A DNA stretch of 64,000 nucleotides. It comes from a virus (taxonomy: Duplodnaviria > Caudoviricetes). Positions within the stretch are counted from its first letter, which is position 1; every line of letters begins with the position of its first letter. The notes under the pieces are model-generated. The model made no database searches. It saw only the letters and a list, made by a program, of their open reading frames with translations, and was not told the origin of the DNA. A program made the translations under genes and the position numbers. Location of the stretch: positions 1 to 64,000 of IMG/VR virus record IMGVR_UViG_2974601178_000001. The stretch is one strand, 5' to 3'. Positions 31,696 through 42,723 of this stretch are shown piece after piece.

Positions 31696-32546
31696 TTAAG
31701 TATGAAAAAGATTACCTTTCTTTATGTAAGAGGATTCTGGTAGAAGGAGAGTGGGTTTATAACGAACGTACAGGAAAGCGCTGCAAGACAATAATAAACC
31801 ACGACTTTGTTTACGATGTAGGTAAAAAGGAAGTTCCATTGTTGACAACAAAACAAGTTTTTGTAACTAGTGCTATTGCTGAGATAATAGGCTACATCAG
31901 GGGTTATACCAATGCAGAAGATTTTGCAAAAGTAGGTAGCCCTTCTTGGAGAGCTAATGCTAACAAAACCAAATCGTGGCTGGATAACCCAAACAGGAAA
32001 GGTGAAGGAGATTGCGGAGAGATTTACGGTCATGTGGCAAGGAATTGGCACGGTTTGGATTTGATTGATAAGGTTTATAAAAATCTATCTAACGGTATAG
32101 ATGATAGAAGAGAAATTATTACTTTCTTTGACCCTAGTAAGTTTGACAAAGCTTGTTTACGCCCTTGTGCCTTTCAATGGCATTTCAGTTTACTGAATGG
32201 GAAGTTAAATCTGCATGTCTATCAAGCTAGTTGTGACGTACCTCTAGGATTACCTTGGAACTCTGTAAGCTTTTATTGGTTACTGGATACGATGGCAAGA
32301 ATAACAGGTAATCAACCAGATAAAGTTTACCACAAGTTGGTTAACGTGCATGTATACGAAGACCAAATAGAACCTTTAGAAAAACAGTTATCAAGAACAC
32401 CTTTAAAAGTGTCACCTGTACTAGAGTTACCAACTTGGGTAGAAAGTATGGAAGATTTACTTTATGAAGATATTCATGCAAGGGAATATTTCACGTTGAC
32501 AAACTATAAACACTTAGGTAAAATAAGTTTTCCATTTAGTGAATAG
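31692..32546 (+). CDS. thyA: thymidylate synthase
   Basis: RTG, PLLTTK, DDRR, LRPC, SCDVPLGLPWN, HVYEDQ. Confidence 0.93.
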   Translation: MIKYEKDYLSLCKRILVEGEWVYNERTGKRCKTIINHDFVYDVGKKEVPLLTTKQVFVTSAIAEIIGYIRGYTNAEDFAKVGSPSWRANANKTKSWLDNPNRKGEGDCGEIYGHVARNWHGLDLIDKVYKNLSNGIDDRREIITFFDPSKFDKACLRPCAFQWHFSLLNGKLNLHVYQASCDVPLGLPWNSVSFYWLLDTMARITGNQPDKVYHKLVNVHVYEDQIEPLEKQLSRTPLKVSPVLELPTWVESMEDLLYEDIHAREYFTLTNYKHLGKISFPFSE

Positions 32547-32554
32547 GGGGTGAG

Positions 32555-33070
32555 ATGATTAAAGCAATCCTTGCAACAGGAATCAATGGTGAAATAGGAA
32601 ATGATAATTCCCTCCTATGGCACCTTCCAAAAGATTTAGCCTATTTTAAAAAGGTTACTTCTGATGGAAGTGTTGTCCTCATGGGAAATAAGACGCACCA
32701 AAGTTTACCCTTTTACCCGAAAGGTTTACCTAAGCGTAAAAATTATGTTATTACTAATAATGGTTACGGTGAACAAGAAGGTGGTATTATTAAATTACCT
32801 TTGGTAAACTTTGAAAAGTGTTGGGGAAGTGGTGAAAGCATTTTCAACTTCTGGGGTGTTTGGGTAATAGGTGGAGCAACCATTTATGAACAGTTGTGGC
32901 CTTTGGTGCAAGAAGTACACTTGACAACAGTGAGACAATCTTACCCAGAAGCGGATACCTATTTCAAACCAGATTTAACAGGGTTTGAGAAAGTAGGTGA
33001 ACCTTTGGATGTAAGTGAGGGTGATTTAAAGGCAAGTGTTCAAGTTTGGAGAAGAGTTAATAACGTTTAA
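32555..33070 (+). CDS. folA: dihydrofolate reductase
   Basis: IG.DNSLLWHLPKDLAYFKKVT, LMG.KT..SL, VIGGATIY, ADTYF. Confidence 0.95.
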   Translation: MIKAILATGINGEIGNDNSLLWHLPKDLAYFKKVTSDGSVVLMGNKTHQSLPFYPKGLPKRKNYVITNNGYGEQEGGIIKLPLVNFEKCWGSGESIFNFWGVWVIGGATIYEQLWPLVQEVHLTTVRQSYPEADTYFKPDLTGFEKVGEPLDVSEGDLKASVQVWRRVNNV

Positions 33071-33166
33071 AGGTTAGTAACAATTAACCACAAAAACCTA
33101 TTGACAACAAGACACCCTTATGAGATAATAAGCGCCCAGTTTGAGAATAAAGGAGATTCATTTTGA

Positions 33167-33622
33167 ATGAAGAAGCAGTCATTACCTAAGAATAATAACA
33201 ATTCAGATAAAGGAGGTGATGGTATAAAGTCTCCCCCTACTTGGAAAATAATGGGTTTCCCAAGTGAATATGAGTACACACATCGCAGAATGTATGACCG
33301 TCCTGCCAATGATGTTTTTGTAGAAGATGAATACGATTTTGATTAAAAAGAAGGAAATATAATTATGACAACAGTGAATATTGAGATGGAAAGTTTGGTA
33401 GATTTTAAATTGGATAGTAAAGACTTCCCAGAAACGGTGATGCTTCTGCAAAACCATTTAGAAGTTTACAAAGATACACATGGCAGAAAAGCACCTTATG
33501 CGGAAGATTTCAATAAACTTGTGTGTGATATTCAGGCTGCTTGGGACAAGAAAGAGAGTTACATTTTGGTAAATGCCAAAGAAGCGGAAGATGTTCGTCA
33601 TATTTTAGTTAATGGTCTATAA
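33167..33622 (+). CDS. two small hypothetical proteins (33167..33346, 33365..33622)
   Basis: SD AGGAG/AAGGA; first is 59 aa, below the track cutoff. Confidence 0.55.
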
Positions 33623-33632
33623 GGGGTAGATT

Positions 33633-36133
33633 TTGAGTATAAACTATGTTACTAAAAGTAATGGTGATGTTGTAGAGTTTTCTCCTGACAAATTGAACCG
33701 TATGGCAGAATGGGGAGCAACAATAGGAATTTGTTGGTCAGGGTTAGTTTTTGATGCATTACGTAAAGTAGAAGATAAATGTTCAACACAAGAATTACAA
33801 CAAGCCTTAATTGATGCATGTTCTGACAAGAAAACCCCTGAACATTTAGATATGGCAGCAAGGTTATATTTAGGGTCTTTGTATAAAACTGTACACGGGG
33901 GTTTCGAAGAGAGACCATCTTTACCAGATTTCTATTATAAAATGACATCTGCTGGTGTATGGGAGTACATGGATTATGATGACTCTGATTTAGATTATCT
34001 TGATAGTGTTTTGGATAATGACAAAGATTTGAATTATAAGTTATCTACAGTAAAACAAATAAGTACAAAATATGCAAAGAAGTTAAATGGAGTGGTTTGT
34101 GAAACACCCCAATATGCTTTCATGGGTATTGCAATGAAGGTGATGGAAACACAACCTGATGAGCGCAGGTTAGAAGATGTTGAGAAACTGTATACATACT
34201 TAAGTGATTTGAAGATTAATATGCCAACACCTTTCTTAGCAGGTTTGAGAACTTCTTTTAAAGGGTTTGCTAGTTGTTGTGTAATTAAGTCAGAAGATAC
34301 TGCAGACTCTATTGAGAATTTAGTACATGCTGCTTACAAGTTTACTAATGCGTCATCTGGTATTGGTTGTACTTTAACTACCCGTTCTGTTAAAGATCCC
34401 ATAAGAGCGCAACCCGATAAACATACAGGAAAGATACCTTACTATCGCTATTTACAAGGAGCGGTTAAGTCTACTAAGCAGGAAGTGAGAGGTGGTGGTG
34501 CAACAGTCCATTACACTGTACTTGACCCAGAAGTAGAAACCTTGTTACGATTGAAGCATCCCACCACAATAGAAGATAAGCGTATACGTGGTCTTGATTA
34601 TTCAATGGGGGCAACAAAATTATTAGCTGAAAAAGCTTCTAGGAAAGAACCTTGGATGTTAGTGTCTTATTATGATTCTCCTGAGTTATATGAAGCACAT
34701 TTTAAAGGTTATGACGAGTTTAAGAAAGCTTATCAAGCTTATGAAAAGAGTGAAGGCAAGAAGAAGTTTGTTAACTCTTTTGAAGTATTAAAACTATTCT
34801 TAACTCAACGTGGTGACACAGGCCGTAAATACCACACTTGGTTAGATGAAATGAATACGCATACGCCGTTTAAAGATACAATATATAGTAGTAATCTGTG
34901 AAATGACGCAGCCTTACGTGGGAACACGTATTGAATAATTGGGTGAATTGACTGGAAAGCTAAGAGGATTACCTTATGCCAATCAGCAGCGAAGCTCTAA
35001 GGATAGAGAACGTTCAGAGACTAGTGGAGTTTGAGAACTTAATTACCACATTAGCGCCCAACACCTAGAACAGGTGATGATATAGTCCGACACTTGTAGA
35101 AATGCAAGATTAACATTAAGGTCAGGAGATTTTTCTCCCTACTAAAGGTTATTTAAACGTTGTAGATATGTATGATAAGAATAAAGGTGTAGAAGCAGGG
35201 GAAATTGCTTTATGTTTCCTAAGTTGTTTAGTTGCAGGAAGAATTTCAGAAGAAGAATATGAAGATGTAGCTTATTATTCTCTTCTAGCAGTTGATAATG
35301 TTATCGACTTAATGGAGTATCCTTTCCCTCAAGTAGAGAACACTGCTAAAGGTAGACGTAGTGTAGGTATAGGTATTACCAACTTAGCGCATGATATGGC
35401 GGTAAGAGGGTTAAGTTACAGTAGTCTAGAGGGTAAGAATTACATGCACTCTTTGGCTGAAATGCATAGCTTCTATTTACACAGTGCAAGTTTACGTTTA
35501 GCAAAAGAAAAAGGTAACTGTTCTTTAATAGACAGGACTAAATACCCTGAAGGTTGGCTACCTATTGACACGTACAATAAAAACGTAGATGATGTGCATA
35601 GTCAAGGTTTGAAATTTGATTGGGAGAGTTTACGTAAAGAAATTATAAAGCAAGGTGGTATACGTAATTCAGTATTAGAGGCAACTCCTCCTGCTGAAAG
35701 TAGTTCTCAAGCAAGCGAGACCACTAATAGTTTATACCCTATACGTGAATTTTATACTGTTAAGCGTTCTGGTAGCACAGTGAATACTTTTGCAGCGCCT
35801 GATATCGAGAAGGAAGAAGTTAAAAATAGTTATGAACTTGCTTATAATGTTCCTACTAAGGATATTATAGATTGTTACGCTATCTTCCAAAAGTTTCATG
35901 GACAAGGTATTAGTTGTGACCTTTACACAAATTATAGTAAGTATGAAGGTGAAAAAGTACCACTGACTGTAATGATGAAAGATTACTTTTACGCTACTAA
36001 AATGGGGCTTAAAAGTTTATACTATCAGAATAGTAAAGGTGGTATCAAAGAAGACGAAACTAAGGTCACGGTTGCAGCAACTTCTATTTTAGAAGATGAA
36101 GAAGACGAGGGGTGCGAAAGTTGCCGTATGTAG
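33633..36133 (+). CDS. nrdA: class Ia ribonucleotide reductase alpha subunit, join(33633..34899,35121..36133), 759 aa
   Basis: ATP-cone, ASCC, spliced SSNLCQEI, PPAESSS, SLYYQN, C-terminal CESC. Confidence 0.95.
34900..35120 (+). mobile_element. 221-nt group I intron without ORF
   Basis: 5' splice after U (CTGT pairing GCAG), terminal G, core elements GAATTGACTGGAA, AATCAGCAG, TCAGAGACTA, GATATAGTCC; removal restores the frame and the NLC.E motif. Confidence 0.93.
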
Positions 36134-36633
36134 ACAAAACTATGATAGAAAACTGCCTAGAATGGGATAATACTCTAAGTAGGTTCTTATGGAAGTTCAG
36201 GAAAGATAAACCCCCTAATTGGAATGGGAGGTTTGCTGGAAAGCTTGCTGGGTATATAAAGAAGGAGGGATATGAAACTATAACTATAGATTATGTCCCT
36301 CATTACACTCACAGACTTGTTTGGGTGCTATTTTATGGAGACATACCAGAAGGGTACATTATAGACCATATAGACAGGAACAGGAGTAATAATTCCTCTG
36401 AAAATTTAAGACTTGTTACCAACCAAGAGAATTGTTTCAACACTAAAGGTAGTAAAGGTACTAGTAAGTACAAAGGTGTTCATTTAACTTCTAGGGGTAA
36501 ATGGGCCGCTCAAATAACCTGTAACGGAAAGACACACCACTTAGGAGTGTTCGAACACGAAGAAGATGCAAAGGATAGTTATAATTGTGCGGCAAAGAAA
36601 TACTTCAAAGAAAAAGCGTATATTAACATTTAA
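36112..36633 (+). CDS. free-standing HNH-AP2 homing endonuclease between nrdA and nrdB
   Basis: HRLVW, IDHIDRNRSNN..ENLR, SKYKGV...W.AQI...LG.F. Confidence 0.9.
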   Translation: MRKLPYVDKTMIENCLEWDNTLSRFLWKFRKDKPPNWNGRFAGKLAGYIKKEGYETITIDYVPHYTHRLVWVLFYGDIPEGYIIDHIDRNRSNNSSENLRLVTNQENCFNTKGSKGTSKYKGVHLTSRGKWAAQITCNGKTHHLGVFEHEEDAKDSYNCAAKKYFKEKAYINI

Positions 36634-36648
36634 AGAGGAATTATATCA

Positions 36649-37986
36649 GTGATAGATAATGTATTGAATCGTTCTAACACAGGATGGAAAACAGGAAAGT
36701 ATCCTTTATTTATGGGAGAGGAGTTGGGTTTACATGATACCATGAACAGACCTTACCCAGAATTATTCAAACTGTTCAAAAAGCTTAAAAGTTTAGATTG
36801 GGCAGAAGATGAGATAGATTTAGAAAAGTCAAGGTTAGATTTTGCAAGTTGTGATAAAAATAGTTATGATGTTATGATAAAAACTTTATCATTTCAATAT
36901 GAAGCGGATAGCCTTGCATCTAGATCTATAATCGCGTTGTTTGCCCCTTTCATTTCTAACAGTGATTTAAGTCAGATGATGTTGAAGTGGAGTGAGAATG
37001 AATCCCTTCATGCATTAACGTACTCTGAGATAATTAGGCAATGTGTATCTAACCCAGATGATATATTTAATGAGATACTATCTGATAAGAATATAACTGA
37101 CCGTTCAGATGTTATTGCTAAAAGTTTTTCTAAGTTAAAAGTACTTGGTGCTAAGTATTCTTTAGATAAAAACTCAGTATCCTCAGAAGAAGTACGAGAG
37201 ACTTTACTTTTAAGTTTGGTAGCTTTATATTGTCTAGAGGCAATGGAATTTATGGCTTCTTTCGCATGTACTTTTAGTCTAGCGGAAAGAGATTTATTCG
37301 AGGGTGTAGCAAGCTTAGTTCAGAAGATAATGGTAGACGAAACAATCCACACTCAAATGGATGAAGCTATTATTGATATTCTGTTTAAAGAATCGGAATG
37401 GAAAGCTACTTTTGAGAAGATTAAACCTCAAGTACAAGAGTTAGTGGATAGCGTTTATCATCAAGAGGTTTCTTGGGCGGAGTATATATTCAGTGAAGGG
37501 CGTAGTGTACTTGGCTTGACATCAGGATTACTTAAGGATTGGGTCACATACCGAACGGATGCCGTGTACAATAAACTAGGTCTGGATAAACCATACACTG
37601 TTGTAGAGGAAAATCCTTTACCTTGGATGGATAAGTGGTTAGATATAGATTCTAATCAACAGTCAGCGCAAGAAGTTAGTTTGAACAATTACCGATTAAA
37701 CTCTGTTATTGATGATACTAGTGAAGATATCGTTTATGACTTTGGAAGCAGGGAGAACAGTCTACCTTCTGATGTCGTGGTTTATACAAAAGAGTCTTGT
37801 CCTTTTTGCGATAAGGTTAAGCAGTTTCTTAAAGATAAAGGAATTAATGTAACAGAAGTTGATGTAGAAAGGGTTTATGCAAAGCAAAGTTTGATAAACA
37901 AAGGGCTAACCACAGTACCTCAAGTATTTACTCAAGAGGGAAATTACTTAGGTGATTGTACTTCTATCATTAACAAATATTCATAA
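36649..37986 (+). CDS. nrdB: ribonucleotide reductase beta subunit fused to a C-terminal glutaredoxin
   Basis: ENESLHALTY, EAMEF, DETIH; C-terminal VYTKESCPFC...TVPQVF. Confidence 0.93.
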   Translation: MIDNVLNRSNTGWKTGKYPLFMGEELGLHDTMNRPYPELFKLFKKLKSLDWAEDEIDLEKSRLDFASCDKNSYDVMIKTLSFQYEADSLASRSIIALFAPFISNSDLSQMMLKWSENESLHALTYSEIIRQCVSNPDDIFNEILSDKNITDRSDVIAKSFSKLKVLGAKYSLDKNSVSSEEVRETLLLSLVALYCLEAMEFMASFACTFSLAERDLFEGVASLVQKIMVDETIHTQMDEAIIDILFKESEWKATFEKIKPQVQELVDSVYHQEVSWAEYIFSEGRSVLGLTSGLLKDWVTYRTDAVYNKLGLDKPYTVVEENPLPWMDKWLDIDSNQQSAQEVSLNNYRLNSVIDDTSEDIVYDFGSRENSLPSDVVVYTKESCPFCDKVKQFLKDKGINVTEVDVERVYAKQSLINKGLTTVPQVFTQEGNYLGDCTSIINKYS

Positions 37987-37997
37987 AAGGAGAAACC

Positions 37998-39277
37998 ATG
38001 ACACAAGAATCAAATGGCTCAAATTATCAAGAAGATTACACCAAATTGGAAGCAATCATTATTAAAATGTTAGAACACGTTTCAGCATTGGATAACGTTG
38101 ACCAAGAATTACAGACCACTTTAAACGATTTCGTTTATGAAGTTGTTGGTCAAGTTAAGTACCTTTTATCGATGTATGACCAGAATATCCAAAAGTATAA
38201 TCACACTTTGGAAAATATGGACACTGTTATCGATGGTTTGGATTGTTCAAGAGGGGTGAAAGCTTCTCTGAAAGCAACCTTGCCGCAGAAAGGTTGATTT
38301 TATATTTTAAAGAGGAGGTTATAATGGCCTTCTCAATTATTCACAGAGGTTATTATGGTTACTGTATATGATTATAAAGAAAGTACTATAACTTTAAGTA
38401 AAGGGGAGCATAAAGAGGTTATCCCTTTTAATTGTGGAGATGTAGATTGTCCTTACGAAGCGATAATCCTCTTGAAATTCAAGGAAGGTAAACTTTCTTT
38501 ACAGGAAACTTATCACCTGTTAAAATATGACCCTAAGTTGTATTTTTTGTAGGAAGATTGGACACTATGACAAAAAAGAAAAGAAATATTGTTAAAAGGA
38601 AAACTGCTTCTGACGATATAGTTAATTTCTCAGAAGGTAATATCCAGTTTAAATATTATCCTTACACTGGGGAAGTCTTTTGTCCATCTTCTCACTCCCT
38701 TGTGTTAACAGCACATCACTTTGGGGTAAGAGGGTTTGAGATTTCAGAAAGTAGAAGTGAGATACATAAGAATATGTTATTTGTTCATCCTCCTACTGAT
38801 ATGGAAAAAGTGGAAGCCTTTAGGTTAATTAAGAAAACCTTGCGTGAGTTGAAAGATGATCGTAAACAGAGGCGAGCAGAACTTATTGCTAATAATATTA
38901 ACAATAGGACAGGTAATCCTATAACATGGGCTACTATCAATGCTTATATTCACAAGCTTAAAACAGGTGATTTATCAAGGGAGAAAGTTGCCAAATGGTT
39001 TAATACTTTTAACGTGGAAGATGACAAACATTTAAAAGCTAAGCACACCACTGTTATAGAAGTGTCTACTCGTAGTAAAGCTACTATTATTAAGATGGGA
39101 TTGGACATTTTGAAAAGGTTGTTCAAAGAAGGTAAGCTTAGACGTTTGACAGAAGAACAATATCAAGCTAAGATGGAAGTATATGCTAAAGAAAAAGCCG
39201 ATAAGCAAAAAGAAAGTGCACAAGAGGGAGAAGAGGAAACGATTGTTAAAACTGGCGAAAGAACGGAGGAAAAATAG
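37998..39277 (+). CDS. three hypothetical proteins (37998..38297, 38355..38552, 38558..39277)
   Basis: ORFs with SD motifs. Confidence 0.65.
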
Positions 39278-39858
39278 TGAAGAATAGTTATAAAAATGCA
39301 CCTCCTTTTGTGCAGGAAATAGTTGACCATATTATTGATGTGGAAGGGGGCTATGTTGATAACAAGGATGATTCTGGTGGTGCAACCAAGTATGGTGTCA
39401 CAGAAAAAGTGGCAAGAGCTAATGGTTATGAAGGACATATGTCAGAATTACCAATAACCTTTGCACAAGATTTATATGTCACCGAATATTACCTTGCACC
39501 TAAGTTTAACCTTGTTGCAGAAGTGTCAGAAACTTTAGCAAAAGAAATGATGGACTCTGGGGTGAATGTAGGTTATCGTACTCCTATAAAATGGTTTCAA
39601 CGTTTACTAAATGTATCCAATTGTAAGCAGAAGTATTACAAAGATATAGAAGTGGATGGATATTTAGGTAGTAAGTCTATTGGTGCATATACAGCTTTGT
39701 GCAAAAGAAGGGGAGAACTTGAAGCAGAGAGATACATGTTTAATGGGTTGAATAGTTTTCAGCAAGTGTATTATGTTGAATTGGCGGAACGTAGGGAGAA
39801 GGATGAGACTTTTGTTTATGGGCAAATTGTAAACAGAGTGGAATATCTTCCATTTTAG
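39277..39858 (+). CDS. GH108 lysozyme (endolysin) with peptidoglycan-binding domain
   Basis: EGGYVDNKDDSGGATKYGVT, DSGVN.G, FQRLLN, VDG..G. Confidence 0.9.
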   Translation: MKNSYKNAPPFVQEIVDHIIDVEGGYVDNKDDSGGATKYGVTEKVARANGYEGHMSELPITFAQDLYVTEYYLAPKFNLVAEVSETLAKEMMDSGVNVGYRTPIKWFQRLLNVSNCKQKYYKDIEVDGYLGSKSIGAYTALCKRRGELEAERYMFNGLNSFQQVYYVELAERREKDETFVYGQIVNRVEYLPF

Positions 39859-39923
39859 AGGAGGGTTGACAGTTTAAAGGTTAAGTAGTTTTTTCATAAT
39901 AATTATTAATTAAGAGGTGATAT

Positions 39924-40730
39924 ATGGCTCGTAAGAAACGTAATAAAGGTAACAATACACAATCAGTAACACGACACCCCAATAGAGTAGATAAGCACAC
40001 CTCACGTACTCAGAAAGGTATGAAGGATATTGCAGAAGACCACAAAGTTAATAATGAAAGTTACTCTTTAGATTGGTTTTCTCCTACAGAAGGGCAACAG
40101 GATGTTATTCGCAGTATGATTGAGAATGAGCTTACATTAGTGCAAGCTTCAAGCGGATCAGGGAAATCCACTACGGTTATTTGGCAAGCACTTAAGGATT
40201 TAAAATCAGGTTATTACAAAAGTATTTTATTTGTTAAAACCCCTAATGAATCCTCAGACGACCTTATAGGGTTTTTACCTAGTTCAGCAGAAGACAAACT
40301 TTCTGTACATTTTGAAGCTACTCGTAGTGTATTCCACCAGTTTATGACTAAAGAAAAACTAGTTATGGAAGAGAAAAAGGGGAGAATTAATTTTAAGATA
40401 CCTAACTTTATACAAGGTGCTACTTTTGAAAACACTTTAATGATTCTTGATGAAAGCCAGTCTCTATCACCTAATACAATGAAGTTAGTAATGGAACGTG
40501 TAGGAAAAGGTAGTAAGATTGTGGTTTGTGCTGATAAAAGACAACGATACTCATATAGAAAACGTGAGGATGGTTTCACTAACTTTGTGAATATGGTTAC
40601 TGCAGTTGATGAAGATGGTAGGTACTCTAATGTAGATACTATCGGTTATGTGGAGATGCCAGCATCAGCTAATATGCGTTCTGATTTATCAAGATTAATT
40701 GTAACGTTGTATGAAGAGGATGATGAATAG
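39924..40730 (+). CDS. phoH: PhoH-like ATPase
   Basis: SGSGKS, IGFLP, QGATF, ILDESQ, ERVG.GSKIV, RS. Confidence 0.9.
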   Translation: MARKKRNKGNNTQSVTRHPNRVDKHTSRTQKGMKDIAEDHKVNNESYSLDWFSPTEGQQDVIRSMIENELTLVQASSGSGKSTTVIWQALKDLKSGYYKSILFVKTPNESSDDLIGFLPSSAEDKLSVHFEATRSVFHQFMTKEKLVMEEKKGRINFKIPNFIQGATFENTLMILDESQSLSPNTMKLVMERVGKGSKIVVCADKRQRYSYRKREDGFTNFVNMVTAVDEDGRYSNVDTIGYVEMPASANMRSDLSRLIVTLYEEDDE

Positions 40731-40748
40731 ACCCTTCGGGGTCTTTTA
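40729..40748 (+). terminator. UUCG-loop terminator
   Basis: AGACCC-TTCG-GGGTCT-TTT. Confidence 0.75.
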
Positions 40749-40759
40749 TAAGGAGAGGT

Positions 40760-41539
40760 ATGAAGATTACAAAACGGAGAGCTAAAGATAGGGTAGGTGA
40801 GGTTTTTGGCAGGTTGACTGTAGAGGATTGTTATAAAAAAGGTGGACGATCTTGGTATAAATGTAGTTGTTGTTGTGGTAATAAAGATTTCCATGTTGTA
40901 TACCACTCTGTGACAGGAGGTAAGACATCATCTTGCGGGTGCTCTAGATACTCAAAGAAGATTAAAAGCCACGGTATGTCTAAAGATAAAGTTTATAGGA
41001 CATGGATCTCAATGAAAGGTAGGATTAACTGTAAAACACATACATCATACCCTTACTATGGGGGCAGAGGTATATCTTACTGTGAAAAATGGGAAAGTTT
41101 TGAAGGGTTTTTTGAGGACATGGGGATTCCTCCTTCAGAAGACCACACCCTAGATAGGATAGATAATAATAAGGATTACTCTAAAAGTAATTGTAGGTGG
41201 GAAACCAGATCTGTGCAGATGAAGAATCAAGGTAAAAGATCTATACTGACAGCTTCGAGTCGTTATAAGGGAGTAATAGTAGATGCAGGAGGTAACTGTG
41301 ATGTTTGTGTTACATTAAAAGGGGTGTCTATAAGGTTCAGGGTAAGTAAAGATGAAGAGTTAGCTGCAAAGTACTTTAATTATTTAAGTAAGTATCTATA
41401 CTCCGACCAGATAGCCCTGAATAACACCGAAGATTTAACGTTAACCGTACAACAAGCTGAGCTTTTAAATGCTAAAGTTGAAGATAAATTTTATTATTCT
41501 CAAGAATTGAGAGAATATTCACCTATAAGAGGAAAATAG
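40760..41539 (+). CDS. HNH homing endonuclease
   Basis: GRLTV, C.CG, SCGC, YGGRGI, TLDRIDNN..YS..NCRW. Confidence 0.9.
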   Translation: MKITKRRAKDRVGEVFGRLTVEDCYKKGGRSWYKCSCCCGNKDFHVVYHSVTGGKTSSCGCSRYSKKIKSHGMSKDKVYRTWISMKGRINCKTHTSYPYYGGRGISYCEKWESFEGFFEDMGIPPSEDHTLDRIDNNKDYSKSNCRWETRSVQMKNQGKRSILTASSRYKGVIVDAGGNCDVCVTLKGVSIRFRVSKDEELAAKYFNYLSKYLYSDQIALNNTEDLTLTVQQAELLNAKVEDKFYYSQELREYSPIRGK

Positions 41540-41540
41540 T

Positions 41541-42611
41541 ATGCAAGATAACCATTTCGTAGAGACATTTAAAGTTCAATCTTACCCTAGTACATTAGCT
41601 TATGATATTTTTATTGATGAGACTATTAGCTCTCCAGAGTACTACCGTAATGTTATTAATGTACTTAACCGTGCAGCAGAAGGTGATGTCCTAAATATAT
41701 ACCTTAACACTGTTGGAGGTTACGTTAGTTCATCTTCTGCTATTACTGCCGCAATGGACCAATGTAAAGGTCATATAGTAGTACATATGGCCGCGGAAGT
41801 ATGCTCTGCAGGGACAATGATTGCACTACACGGAAATGAATGGGTTGTAGGTGATGGTATTTGTTTTATGTGCCACAATATCAGTTTTAGTTGTGGGGGT
41901 AGTGCGGAGAAGGTTAAAGATCACCACGATTTCATTCAGGATTGGAACAAAAGTTTACTGGAACGTGAATACAGTGGTTTCCTTACACCAGAGGAAATTA
42001 GTAATATGTTCACTAATGGCAAGGAGTATTGGTTTAATGCAGAAGAGGTTAAATCTCGTCTTAAAAACTTTGTAGACTACCGTGAAGGTTCATACAAAGA
42101 AGCCATGAATCAAATGTTCGACCAACAAATTGCCGCAGAAGACGAAGCCCTTGACGCAGGATTGAATCACCTTCTAACAAGTGGAAAGGTAACTCAGGCA
42201 GAAGTAGATGCCATTAAGAAAATCACTCCACTTTTAGATGAAGCTTTTGAATCTGGTGAAATTGATTTGGACAACCTTCCTGAAAGTGTGGAAACATTAT
42301 CAGAAGATGTATCTGACTATTCAAATGCTTTTGCCATCAACGTCAAAGATGAAATTGCGGCGATATGTATGTACACTTTAGATGAAGAAGGTATTATTTC
42401 AGAAGTGGTGTTAGATATTGCAGAATATGATGATGAGGTTATTGTTTCTAATATTTGGCTAGAAGATAACCTTGACCGAAGTGAGCTTATCACTTTAGCA
42501 AAAGATATTGGTGTCAAAGGAGTTGCACATAATACTAAAGACTCTGGTAAAATTATAAATAAGATTATTGATTATGTGGATTCTCTTATTGAAAAAGAAG
42601 AGAATAATTAA
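41541..42611 (+). CDS. ClpP-like serine protease with acidic C-terminal extension
   Basis: LNTVGG.V, CSAGTMI, MCH, EYWF.AEE. Confidence 0.85.
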   Translation: MQDNHFVETFKVQSYPSTLAYDIFIDETISSPEYYRNVINVLNRAAEGDVLNIYLNTVGGYVSSSSAITAAMDQCKGHIVVHMAAEVCSAGTMIALHGNEWVVGDGICFMCHNISFSCGGSAEKVKDHHDFIQDWNKSLLEREYSGFLTPEEISNMFTNGKEYWFNAEEVKSRLKNFVDYREGSYKEAMNQMFDQQIAAEDEALDAGLNHLLTSGKVTQAEVDAIKKITPLLDEAFESGEIDLDNLPESVETLSEDVSDYSNAFAINVKDEIAAICMYTLDEEGIISEVVLDIAEYDDEVIVSNIWLEDNLDRSELITLAKDIGVKGVAHNTKDSGKIINKIIDYVDSLIEKEENN

Positions 42612-42723
42612 TTTCATTAAATGCTTAAATAACATTTGACACTATAACACCCTTTTGCTAATATTTACTTATTGGTGAGAGGGTGTTTTTATATCCGATG
42701 GTAAATTTTAATTAAGAGGTACT

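Noticed and set aside
33633-36133. nrdA as a pseudogene, split gene, intein host or TGA read-through
   Set aside because: A group I intron with canonical core elements and exact frame restoration explains the break.
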